A DNA stretch of 39,657 bases from Frankiales bacterium (GTDB taxonomy: Bacteria; Actinomycetota; Actinomycetes; Mycobacteriales; SCTD01). Positions 8,056 to 16,340 of this stretch are shown in pieces. The translations under genes were made by a program, and so were the position numbers. Location: assembly GCA_025464795.1 (NCBI GenBank), contig JAODNB010000031.1:1-39657 (forward strand), read 5' to 3'. A model generated the notes under the pieces. That model did not search any database. It saw only the letters and a program-made list of their open reading frames with translations, and had not been told where the DNA came from. How positions within the stretch are numbered: the stretch's first letter is position 1; each line of letters starts with the position of its first letter.

Positions 8056-8889
8056 TCACTTGAGGACGGCGCCGAGGTCGACAGGCAGCGCAACCCCGGT
8101 GACGTAACGGGCCTGGTCGGACGCCAGCCACACCACCGCTTCGGTGACGTCGCTCGGCATCGCCCAGGGAGCGGGCAGCAGGTTCATCCCCTGCATGAGG
8201 GGCGCGACGTCGTCGGCCGTCGGGCTCTCGAGGTCGGGGCGGAACAGGCCGAACAGCGCCGCGTTCTCGATCATCGGGGTGAGGACGTTGCCGGGGTGCA
8301 CCGAGTTCACGCGGATGCTCAGCCGCGAGAGCTCATGGGCCGCCGACCTCATCAGCCCGACGAGGCCGTGCTTGGACGAGGTGTAGCCGGGGATCCCACC
8401 GTGGGTCCGCAGACCCATGATGGAGCTGACGAGGATGACCGATCCCGGTCCCCCGCGGGCGATCATGCCGCGGCACCCTGCCTGCAGCGTCACGAAGACC
8501 CCGCTGAGGTTGATGTCGATGACCTCGCGCCACACCTCGTAGGACGTCGCGAGGATCCCCATGTCGTCGCCGCTGATACCCGCGTTCGCGATGACGACGT
8601 CGACGACGCCGAGCTCGGCGCTCGCCTCGTCGACGGCGGCGAACATCCCCGGATGGTCGCGCACGTCGACGATCCGGCTGAAGCAGCGTCGGCCCTCGGC
8701 CTCGACCAGGCGCTTCGTCTCGGCGAGGTCCTCCGGCGTCGCGCCCGGGTAACCCGTGGCGGGGATGTCGGTGCAGGCGTCGGTCGCGATGACGTCGGCG
8801 CCCTCCTGCGCGAAGCGCACCGCGTGACTGCGGCCCTGGCCCCGTGCAGCCCCGGTGATGAGCACGACCTTGCCGTCGAACAGCCCCAC
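8056..8889 (-). CDS. Mycofactocin-coupled SDR-type oxidoreductase (carveol dehydrogenase-like)
   Basis: GKVVLITGAARGQGRSHAVRFAQEGADVIATDAC...YPGATPEDLAETKRLVEAEGRR...ANAGI...YTSSKHG is the signature I associate with the mycofactocin-dependent SDR subfamily. Confidence 0.85.
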   Translation of the reverse strand: MGLFDGKVVLITGAARGQGRSHAVRFAQEGADVIATDACTDIPATGYPGATPEDLAETKRLVEAEGRRCFSRIVDVRDHPGMFAAVDEASAELGVVDVVIANAGISGDDMGILATSYEVWREVIDINLSGVFVTLQAGCRGMIARGGPGSVILVSSIMGLRTHGGIPGYTSSKHGLVGLMRSAAHELSRLSIRVNSVHPGNVLTPMIENAALFGLFRPDLESPTADDVAPLMQGMNLLPAPWAMPSDVTEAVVWLASDQARYVTGVALPVDLGAVLK

Positions 8890-8919
8890 GACCGCCCCCT
8901 CCCGTCCGGTCCGTCGACC

Positions 8920-9465
8920 CTAGCCCCGCTGCGCGGCGAACAACGTCAGCCGTCCGAACACGGCATCAGCTTCTCCGGCAGCTCCTCGCTCGACGCCCTT
9001 GCCGATGAAGCCCCCGGCCACCTGAGCGGGCCGGTCCTCGAAGGTGTCCAGGACGAGCGACCGGCGCGCGATCCGCCACACGCCGTCGCGCCGCTCGTAC
9101 TCGTCGAGGTAGCGCCCGCCGAGAATGATCTCCCGCCCCTCGCGTGTGCGGTGGTACGCGGTGTTCACGAGCTCGCCCTGCGCCCGGTCCCCGTCGATGA
9201 GGAACAGCATGTTGTGCATCGTGTGCCGGGTGGCCTCGAGTGCTGCGAGCATCTGCGGCAGCCAGGCGACGTACTCGTCCGGCGAGCCGCAGAACATCGC
9301 GCCGTGATCGTCGATCGCGTCGTCGTGGTAGAGGCTGCGAAGGAGGACGAGGTCGCCGCGGTCAACGGCATGGCAGTACGCCCACGCGAGGCGCTGGAGC
9401 TCCAGGTTGGCGGCCGCCTCTGCGTCGCTGAAGGCGTGCGGTCGCAGCGTCGTGGCATCGGTCAT
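8920..9465 (-). CDS. SnoaL-like / NTF2-fold protein
   Basis: 181 aa. ...LQRLAWAYCHAVDRGDLVLLRSLYHDDAIDDHG...DGVWRIARR... is typical of SnoaL_4/NTF2-like proteins. It lies upstream of the SDR on the same strand. Confidence 0.8.
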   Translation of the reverse strand: MTDATTLRPHAFSDAEAAANLELQRLAWAYCHAVDRGDLVLLRSLYHDDAIDDHGAMFCGSPDEYVAWLPQMLAALEATRHTMHNMLFLIDGDRAQGELVNTAYHRTREGREIILGGRYLDEYERRDGVWRIARRSLVLDTFEDRPAQVAGGFIGKGVERGAAGEADAVFGRLTLFAAQRG

Positions 9466-9497
9466 CGGGGGATCATCGCATCGCGTACGGTCGACGC

Positions 9498-10310
9498 ATG
9501 CTCACTCTCATGGCCGTGCACGCGCACCCGGACGACGAGGCGTCGACCACCGGAGGCATCCTCGCGAAGTACTCCGCCGAGGGAATCCGCACCGTCCTCG
9601 TGACCTGCACCAACGGCGAGCTCGGGGACTCGCCCTCGCACAAGCCGGGCGACGACGGGCACGACACCGCCGACGTGGTCGCGATGCGCACGAAGGAGCT
9701 CGAGGACAGCTGTGCGGTCTTGGGGATCGATCACCTGGAGATGCTCGGCTTCCACGACTCCGGGATGATGGGCTGGGAGCAGAACGACACCCCGGGGTCG
9801 TTCTGGTCGACCCCGGTCGAGGAGGCCGCGAAGCCGCTCATCGCGCTCATGGAGAAGTACCAGCCGGACGTCGTGGTGACCTACGACGACTTCGGGTTCT
9901 ACGGTCACCCGGACCACATCCAGGCTCACCGGATCACCCTTGCCGCGCTCGAGGCCACCGGCTCCAGCGCCAAGCTGTACTTCCCCACGTTCCGCCTCAG
10001 TGCGATGGAGGCGTTCCGCAAGCGGGTCGCCGAGCTCGGGGTCGAGCTGCCCGCCGACGACGAGGACCCGGACGCACCTCGGATCGGCGTGCCGGACGAG
10101 ATGATCGGCGCGACCGTCGACGTCATGGACTTCACCCAGCAGAAGTTCGACTCCCTGAAGGCCCACGTCAGCCAGGCGGAGAACATCTTCTTCCTGAAGA
10201 TGCCGATGGAGCTGTTCCGCGAGGCCTTCGGCAAGGAGGAGTTCGTCCGGGTGCGACCTGACTCGCCCGGGGCTCCTGTCGACACCGATCTGTTCGCCGG
10301 GCTGCGCTGA
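9498..10310 (+). CDS. PIG-L/LmbE-family N-deacetylase or amidase (MshB/Mca-like)
   Basis: MLTLMAVHAHPDDE... and ...FYGHPDHIQAHR... are the metal-binding motifs of the LmbE/PIG-L family. Confidence 0.85.
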   Translation: MLTLMAVHAHPDDEASTTGGILAKYSAEGIRTVLVTCTNGELGDSPSHKPGDDGHDTADVVAMRTKELEDSCAVLGIDHLEMLGFHDSGMMGWEQNDTPGSFWSTPVEEAAKPLIALMEKYQPDVVVTYDDFGFYGHPDHIQAHRITLAALEATGSSAKLYFPTFRLSAMEAFRKRVAELGVELPADDEDPDAPRIGVPDEMIGATVDVMDFTQQKFDSLKAHVSQAENIFFLKMPMELFREAFGKEEFVRVRPDSPGAPVDTDLFAGLR

Positions 10311-10314
10311 AGCC

Positions 10315-10779
10315 ATGCCTCGTACCGCGACCGCCGACACCGTCAGCCGTTCTGAGCTCCTCGAGTTCCTGCGACCCCGTCACCACGTCCTGCTGATGAC
10401 GACCAGAGCGGATGGGTCCGCGCAGCTGTCCCCGGTGTCGGCAGGCATCGATGGCGAAGGTCGGGTCGTCATCGCGACCTACCCGCAGCGCGCGAAGACC
10501 AAGAACGCGCGCCGCCACCCCGCCGTGTCGCTGTGCTTCCTGTCCGACGACTGGGACGACGCCTGGGTGCAGGTGAACGGGACGGCGGAGGTCCTCGACG
10601 TCCCCGAGGCCCTGGAGCCGTTCGTCGAGTACTTCCGCAGCATCGCGGGCGAGCACTCGGACTGGGACGAGTACCGGGCAGCGATGGTGCGTCAGAACAA
10701 GTCGCTGCTGCGGATCACGATCACGTCATGGGGCCCGATCGCGACCGGAGGCTTCCCGCCGGAGCTGACCACGCAGTGA
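10315..10779 (+). CDS. PPOX-class probable F420-dependent oxidoreductase
   Basis: 154-aa split-barrel protein (...HHVLLMTTRADGSAQLSPVSAGIDGEGRVVIATYPQRAKTKNARRHPAVSLC...). Starts 4 nt after the PIG-L stop. Confidence 0.8.
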   Translation: MPRTATADTVSRSELLEFLRPRHHVLLMTTRADGSAQLSPVSAGIDGEGRVVIATYPQRAKTKNARRHPAVSLCFLSDDWDDAWVQVNGTAEVLDVPEALEPFVEYFRSIAGEHSDWDEYRAAMVRQNKSLLRITITSWGPIATGGFPPELTTQ

Positions 10780-11123
10780 TCGAGCTCAGCGGTCCGACTG
10801 CCCCCTACGAGCAGGTTCGGTCCCGGCTGGCCGAGCAGATCGCCGACGGACGGCTTGCTGTCGGCACCAAGCTGCCGTCAGTGCGCAAGCTGGCCGAGGA
10901 CCTGGGCCTCGCTCCCAACACGGTGGCTCGCGCCTACCGGGAGCTGGAGGAGGCCGGACTCGTGCAGACGCGCGGCCGCAACGGGACCGTCGTGTCTGCC
11001 AACGGCGACCGGATCCAGGAGCAGCTACGAGAGGCGGCGCAGACCTACTCCCAGCTGGCGCGCGGGCTCGGCGTCAGCACCGACGAGGCCGTCGCCGCAG
11101 TGCGGGTCGCTCTAGCCGACTGA
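10776..11123 (+). CDS. GntR-family transcriptional regulator (short, YtrA-like)
   Basis: GTG 10776 overlaps the PPOX stop (GTGA). PYEQVRSRLAEQIADGRLAVGTKLPSVRKLAEDLGLAPNTVARAYRELEEAGLV is a GntR winged-HTH. Confidence 0.85.
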   Translation: MIELSGPTAPYEQVRSRLAEQIADGRLAVGTKLPSVRKLAEDLGLAPNTVARAYRELEEAGLVQTRGRNGTVVSANGDRIQEQLREAAQTYSQLARGLGVSTDEAVAAVRVALAD

Positions 11124-11660
11124 CGAGATCGAACCGTTGGTGGCAAACGTCGAGCCGAAGGCCAGGGTCGCGGTGGCGCTGACGTGGAAGCCCGGGACCG
11201 CAACGCTCGGCGGCGTCGTGTAGCCGGCTCCGCGGTCGGTCACGCGGAGGGACACGACCTTGCCGTCCTTGACGACGGCCACCGCCTTCGCGGTTCTCGT
11301 CGGCCACATCTGGCCCGCGGCTCCGGCGTACCGGTAGTAGTTCGACACCTCGTCGAGCCGCTCGTTGGTGACTCCGTAGGGGCTGAGGACCGCCAGCAGG
11401 GCCTTCTTGTTCCGCCCGGCCTGAGCGACGTCAGGAGCCGTTCCGGCTGCCGCCGGCGTCACCGCGCTGAAGGCGGTGCGGAAGACCGATGCGGGGACTC
11501 CGAGTGCTCCGGCGACGAGGGCAACGGGTCGGCCGCTGTCGCGCGGATCCGTGCCGTGACCTCCGCTGAACGTCACTGGCACCGTGCTCGAGGTCGTCGC
11601 TCGGCCGTTGCAGCCGGTGATCAGCACCAGGGCCAGGACGACCCCCGCAGCGGTTCTCAT
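11112..11660 (-). CDS. Putative lipoprotein, unknown function
   Basis: Signal peptide plus lipobox (MRTAAGVVLALVLITG|C). No recognised domain. Confidence 0.65.
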   Translation of the reverse strand: MRTAAGVVLALVLITGCNGRATTSSTVPVTFSGGHGTDPRDSGRPVALVAGALGVPASVFRTAFSAVTPAAAGTAPDVAQAGRNKKALLAVLSPYGVTNERLDEVSNYYRYAGAAGQMWPTRTAKAVAVVKDGKVVSLRVTDRGAGYTTPPSVAVPGFHVSATATLAFGSTFATNGSISSVG

Positions 11661-11722
11661 GGACGGAAGCTAGGACCGGAGTCTGGACGTCCGCTGTGAG
11701 CCGGCTGTGATCCGGCTACGGG

Positions 11723-12769
11723 TCAGGTGCCGACGAAGAAGCGCGGCATAAGGCTCGGCGTGGCCTGCGCTGTTGTGCCAGCACCCAGGGCTCGCCAGAC
11801 CGGGGTGTCGACGATGCCGTTCTGCTTGAGCTGGCGTGCCGCTTGGAAGGCGACGACCTTGGCCTTCGTCCGCTGCCCGTACTCCCCGTCCGTGGTCGCT
11901 CCGAGGCGCCGCTGGAGCGCCGTGACCGCAGCACCGGTCGAACCGATGTTGAGCCGTGTGGTCAGGTACCTCGTGAGGGGGCTCGGCCCCGCTGTGCCGG
12001 TCATCCCGGAGCACAGGATGTCGATGTCGCGACTGCCCACGGTCGACTGACCGATCCGGACCGGTCCGCCGCTGAAGCTCCTCGTACCGCACTTCGCCGC
12101 AGCCGCCGCCATGGTGTTCAGACCGCTCGGCACCCACGTGGGGAGCGTCGGCAGAGAGCGCCCTCCGGTGATCTGCTTCCAACCGTAGGCGTAGGAGTAG
12201 ATGCCGGTGCGAACGCGGCCCGCGGCGTAGCCCGCGAGGACTCCGTCCAGGAAGGCGTTGTTGTTCGCGACGCTCGACCAGCTCCATCCCCTGACGGGTT
12301 CGACGTCGACCCACACCAGCGGGGCCGACAGTCCGGCCGCGCGCATGTTCGTGAGGTTGTAGGACGCCTGGGCGGCACCCACCCGAGCGAGCCTCTGCGC
12401 CAACGTGCCCGTGCCGCCGTACCGACTGAGCTGGGCTGCGGTCGGGAAGGTCACGATGCTGTAGGCGCCGGTCCACAGGTGCCGGGCCTTGGCCCAGGCG
12501 ACTTGCTGCGCGAGGCACGGGTTGGGGTAGAAGCCTGGTCCGTTGGTGAGACCGATGACCACGAAGCTCGTGTCGGCAGTGGGCATGGGGTTGCCCTGGG
12601 TCCGCCGCTCGGGGATGCCTTGGCCCACCGCGCAGTTCGGCCAGCTGATGTCAGCCCCGTGGGGGTGGCTGCCGGCGGCAGGTGCCGTGGAGGCCTGCAC
12701 CGATCCGCCGATCAGCAAGGTGCTGAGCGCCAGCAGCAGCAGGACAGGGCGAAAGCGGGCACCGGACAG
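11723..12769 (-). CDS. Secreted GH25/DUF1906-like hydrolase-like protein with C-terminal peptidoglycan-binding domain
   Basis: GADISWPNC...FVVIGLTNG... is lysozyme-like, and the C-terminal GSTGAAVTALQRRLGATTDGEYGQRTKAKVVAFQ is PG_binding_1-like. The track ORF starts at TTG 12718, but the in-frame upstream codons encode an intact signal peptide. I extend the CDS to CTG 12769, which sits 6 nt after AGGAG (12780-12776). Confidence 0.7.
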   Translation of the reverse strand: MSGARFRPVLLLLALSTLLIGGSVQASTAPAAGSHPHGADISWPNCAVGQGIPERRTQGNPMPTADTSFVVIGLTNGPGFYPNPCLAQQVAWAKARHLWTGAYSIVTFPTAAQLSRYGGTGTLAQRLARVGAAQASYNLTNMRAAGLSAPLVWVDVEPVRGWSWSSVANNNAFLDGVLAGYAAGRVRTGIYSYAYGWKQITGGRSLPTLPTWVPSGLNTMAAAAAKCGTRSFSGGPVRIGQSTVGSRDIDILCSGMTGTAGPSPLTRYLTTRLNIGSTGAAVTALQRRLGATTDGEYGQRTKAKVVAFQAARQLKQNGIVDTPVWRALGAGTTAQATPSLMPRFFVGT

Positions 12770-12866
12770 CGGAAGCTCCTCGAGCTGGGGGGATGCCCCT
12801 ACTGTCGGCGTCCGAGGACTCCGCGTTCAGGCGAAATAGCGGACTGTCACCTGGGGGCCACAGCCC

Positions 12867-14045
12867 CTAGCGGCCGACCGGGGCCGTGGGCGTGAACCGC
12901 ACCGGGAGCGACTCGTAGCCGCTGACGAAGTTCGCCGGCCGGAAGCTCGGCTCGTCGGGCTCGACCAGCTCGAGGTCCGGCAGCCGCTCGAGCAGCCTGT
13001 CGACCATCGTGCGGACCTCCACGCGAGCGAGCGCGTTGCCCAGGCAGAAGTGGGTTCCGAGTCCGAAGGCGAGGTGCTCGTTGGGGGTCCGCCCGATGTC
13101 GAAGCGGAAGGGGTCCTCGAACACGTCGGCGTCCCGGTTGGCCGACGGGTAGAGAAGGAGCACCTTGTCGCCCGTCTTCAGGTCCTTGCCCTGGAAGGTG
13201 AGGTCCTGCGTGACGGTGCGGTTCATGTTCTTGATCGGACTGACCCACCGCAGCATCTCCTCGACGGCGGACGGCAGCAGGGCCCGGTCCTGCCGAAGCC
13301 GGTCCCACTGGTCCCGGTCCTTCAGCAGCTGGTAGACCCCGCCGCTCATCACGTGACGACTGGTCTCGTCGCCCCCGATGAGGATCAGCAAGGACTCGTG
13401 CAGCAACGCCTCGTCATCGAGCTTGTGCCCCTCGACCTCGGCGTTCACCAGGATGCTGATGAGGTCGTCGGTCGGTGTCTCCCGGCGCTGAGCCACGGCC
13501 TCCGTCAGGTAGGCCGTGTAGCCCTCGAAGGCGGCGATCATCTGCATCGCCTTCTCCTCGTCCTGCACGCCCACCAGGGCCGACATCAGGGCGTCGGACC
13601 AGTCCAGCAGCGTGCCGAAGTCCTTGCTGTCGAAGCCCAAGGCCTGGCCGATGACCTCGATGGGGAGCCAGGCAGCCACGTCACGGACCAGGTCGCACTC
13701 GCCCTTCTCGCACACCCGGTCGAGGATGCCGTCGGTCAGCTCGCGGACCCTCGCCTCCTGCTGCACGACCCGGCGAGGGGTGAAGCCCGTGGAGACCAGC
13801 TTGCGCCGGAGGAGGTGCTCGGGGTCGTCCTTGTCGATCATGCTCGCCACCGGACCCGCGTCGGGCCGGATGCCCTGCGCGTTGGAGAACAGCTCGGGTT
13901 GCGTCGCGACCTCACGCAGGTGAGCGTGCTTCGTGATGCCCCAGACGGCGCCGTCCCAGTGGACGGGGTCGTTCTCCCGGAGCCAGGTCAGCTCCTCGTG
14001 GGGATCGCGTCCCCAGAACGCGCCGTCGACGAAGTCGATGTTCAC
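12867..14045 (-). CDS. cyp142: Cytochrome P450, CYP142-like (steroid C26-monooxygenase family)
   Basis: GTG 14045. Heme loop FGLGTHFCLGN. ELFSNAQGIRPD, MIDKDDPEHLLRRKLVSTGFT, GECDLVRD, LLILIGGDETSRH, EEMLRWVSPIKNM and RPANFVSGYESLPVRFTP closely track my recollection of M. tuberculosis CYP142. Confidence 0.85.
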   Translation of the reverse strand: MNIDFVDGAFWGRDPHEELTWLRENDPVHWDGAVWGITKHAHLREVATQPELFSNAQGIRPDAGPVASMIDKDDPEHLLRRKLVSTGFTPRRVVQQEARVRELTDGILDRVCEKGECDLVRDVAAWLPIEVIGQALGFDSKDFGTLLDWSDALMSALVGVQDEEKAMQMIAAFEGYTAYLTEAVAQRRETPTDDLISILVNAEVEGHKLDDEALLHESLLILIGGDETSRHVMSGGVYQLLKDRDQWDRLRQDRALLPSAVEEMLRWVSPIKNMNRTVTQDLTFQGKDLKTGDKVLLLYPSANRDADVFEDPFRFDIGRTPNEHLAFGLGTHFCLGNALARVEVRTMVDRLLERLPDLELVEPDEPSFRPANFVSGYESLPVRFTPTAPVGR

Positions 14046-14650
14046 GTAGGTGCCTCTCGATCCGGTCGGATGCCGTTCAGGATGAGGGAGGTGAGCCCGT
14101 CGACCCAGGCGTCACCCAGGTCGGCCATGGGGCGCAGGGCCAGGGCCATCAGCGCCGTGCCCGCCATGACCTCGATCAGCTGGTCGGCATCGGTGCCGCA
14201 CCGCACGTCGTCCAGGGCGAGCCGGTCCCGCAGCCGCTGCCAGACGGCACCACGGAAGCGCTCGAGCAGGAGGTGGTGCAGGGTCGGGTCCGCGAACACC
14301 TCGGCCATCAGCGCCGGCATCGCAGCGCGGACCTGCGGCAACCCGAACATCGCGAGGCAGCCGGCCACCATCTTGCGAACGTCGGTCGCCAGCTCAGAGG
14401 TGAAGGGCACCACGTCGGGCGTCACGTCAGGGAAGACGGCTTCGTTGACGAGGACGGCCTTCGAGCTCCAGCGGCGGTAGATGGCGGGAGTGGTCGTGCC
14501 CGCCCGGTCGGCGACGGCGGACAGCGACAGGGCGGAGTACCCGACCTGGCCGAGCAGCTCGACGGTCGCGGCCAGGACGGCGGCGTCCACGCGTGCATCG
14601 CGCGGACGTCCGCGTCGTTCGGGAGTCGACAGCATTTCGTTGCGGACCAT
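14042..14650 (-). CDS. TetR-family transcriptional regulator
   Basis: RGRPRDARVDAAVLAATVELLGQVGYSALSLSAVADRAGTTTPAIYRRW is a TetR HTH. The stop TGA overlaps the P450 GTG start (GTGA). The start is ATG 14650 or ATG 14635. Confidence 0.85.
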   Translation of the reverse strand: MVRNEMLSTPERRGRPRDARVDAAVLAATVELLGQVGYSALSLSAVADRAGTTTPAIYRRWSSKAVLVNEAVFPDVTPDVVPFTSELATDVRKMVAGCLAMFGLPQVRAAMPALMAEVFADPTLHHLLLERFRGAVWQRLRDRLALDDVRCGTDADQLIEVMAGTALMALALRPMADLGDAWVDGLTSLILNGIRPDREAPT

Positions 14651-14662
14651 ATCGTAAGTCTC

Positions 14663-16300
14663 ATGACCGAGGTCCAGTTCAACATCGCCCTGACGCACGA
14701 AGCCGTGAGCGCAGCGATCCCCGAGCGGGAGGCCATCGTCTGGCGCGACCGCCGGTTGACCTACGGCGACCTCACCGATCGCAGCCGTCGGCTCGCCTCC
14801 TACCTGCACGGTGAGGGCCTCGGGGTGCGCAAGGAGCGCAGCGAGCTCGCGCCGCACGAGTCCGGGCAGGACCACCTCGCGCTGTACCTCCACAACGGCA
14901 ACGAGTACCTCGAGGGCATGCTCGGTGCGTTCAAGGCAAGGCTCGCCTCGATCAACGTGAACTACCGCTACGTCACCGACGAGCTGCGCTACCTCTTCAC
15001 GAACGCCGACGCCCGCGCCGTCGTCTACCACTCGGCCTTCGCCCCGACTCTTGCGGCGGTGCTGGACAGCCTGCCGAACGTCCGGGTGCTGCTGCAGGTC
15101 GCGGACGACTCGGGGAACGACCTGCTGCCCGGCGCGGTCTGGTACGAGGACGCCCTCGCTCAGTCCGAGCCCGTCATGCCGCCCGTCGAGCACTCCCCTG
15201 ACGACCTGTACATCCTCTACACCGGCGGGACGACCGGCATGCCCAAGGGCGTCCTCTGGCGCCAGCACGACATCTTCATGTCCACGATGGGCGGTCGCAC
15301 GGTGGGCGTCTGGGACCCGGTGACGTCCTACGACGAGGTGGTGGCCAAGGCCGTGGCAGGCAGCAACGACGCGATGCTGGTCATCCCGCCGTTCATGCAC
15401 GGCGCCGCGCAGTGGGCCTCGTTCCTCATGATGCACCTCGGCGCGAAGATCGTGATCCCCGAGGAGAACACCCGCATGGACCCGGCCGACGTGCTGCGGA
15501 CCGTCGAGCGGGAGCGATGCATGATGCTGACCGTCGTCGGCGACGCCGTCTGCCGTCCGCTGCTCGAGGAGCTGGAGAACCACACGTACGACCTGAGCTC
15601 GCTGGCCGTCATCGGGAACGGCAGCGCACCGCTCACGCCCAGCATCAAGGAGCGACTGCTCGAGCTGCTTCCCAACGCGCTGGTCAGCGACTCCGTCGGG
15701 TCCAGCGAGACCGGCGCCCAGGGCAGTCACCTGTCAGTGAAGGGCGACGTGTCCACCGGTACCTTCTCCACCGCGCCCGACACCGTCGTCGCGTCCGAGG
15801 CGCTGGACGCGATCCTGGAACCGGGCCACGAGGGACTGGGGTGGCTGGCCCAGGCAGGATGGGTCCCCCTCGGCTACCTGGGCGATGCGGAGAAGACGGC
15901 CCGCACCTTCCCCACCATTGAGGGCGTGCGCTACGCCGTTCCCGGCGACCGCGCACGCCAGCTCGAAGGTGGGGCTGTCGAGCTGCTCGGACGCGACTCG
16001 GTCACCATCAACACCGGCGGCGAGAAGGTCTTCGCCGAAGAGGTCGAGAGCGCCATCGCCTCGCACCCGGCGGTCTGGGACGTCACCGTCTGCGGGCGGC
16101 CCAGTGAGCGCTGGGGCTCCGAGGTGGTGGCGGTCGTCCACCTGGCCACTCCGGCCACCGAGCAGGAGCTGGAGGCCCATGCCGCGCAGCACATCGCGCG
16201 GTACAAGCTCCCTAAGGGATGGGTGTTCGTCGACAAGGTCGAGAGGTCTCCGTCGGGCAAGGCCGACTACCGCTGGGCGGTGAGCGTCGCCACGACCTGA
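14663..16300 (+). CDS. fadD19: Acyl-CoA synthetase, FadD19-like (steroid side-chain CoA ligase family)
   Basis: ATG 14663. YTGGTTGMPKG AMP motif. YDLSSL, SIKERLLELLPN, DSVGSSETG, GVRYAVPGD, INTGGEKVFAEEVE and YKLPKGWVFVDKVERSPSGKADYRWA resemble M. tuberculosis FadD19/FadD17 as I recall them. Confidence 0.85.
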   Translation: MTEVQFNIALTHEAVSAAIPEREAIVWRDRRLTYGDLTDRSRRLASYLHGEGLGVRKERSELAPHESGQDHLALYLHNGNEYLEGMLGAFKARLASINVNYRYVTDELRYLFTNADARAVVYHSAFAPTLAAVLDSLPNVRVLLQVADDSGNDLLPGAVWYEDALAQSEPVMPPVEHSPDDLYILYTGGTTGMPKGVLWRQHDIFMSTMGGRTVGVWDPVTSYDEVVAKAVAGSNDAMLVIPPFMHGAAQWASFLMMHLGAKIVIPEENTRMDPADVLRTVERERCMMLTVVGDAVCRPLLEELENHTYDLSSLAVIGNGSAPLTPSIKERLLELLPNALVSDSVGSSETGAQGSHLSVKGDVSTGTFSTAPDTVVASEALDAILEPGHEGLGWLAQAGWVPLGYLGDAEKTARTFPTIEGVRYAVPGDRARQLEGGAVELLGRDSVTINTGGEKVFAEEVESAIASHPAVWDVTVCGRPSERWGSEVVAVVHLATPATEQELEAHAAQHIARYKLPKGWVFVDKVERSPSGKADYRWAVSVATT

Positions 16301-16340
16301 GCATCAGCGCACAAGCGGCCGACGCGCGCACCCGAGCCGG

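Noticed and set aside
14601-14614. Perfect 14-bp palindrome CGCGGACGTCCGCG near the TetR/fadD19-like divergent starts; considered as the TetR operator.
   Set aside because: It lies inside the TetR coding sequence, in the codons for the common RGRPRD N-terminal motif. It is pure GC-rich sequence, and several 14-bp palindromes are expected by chance in 40 kb of this composition.
16301-16340. Possible bidirectional terminator between the convergent fadD19-like and serine hydrolase genes.
   Set aside because: Only 4-bp GCGC/CGGCCG self-complementary runs are present. There is no convincing stem-loop or U-tract.
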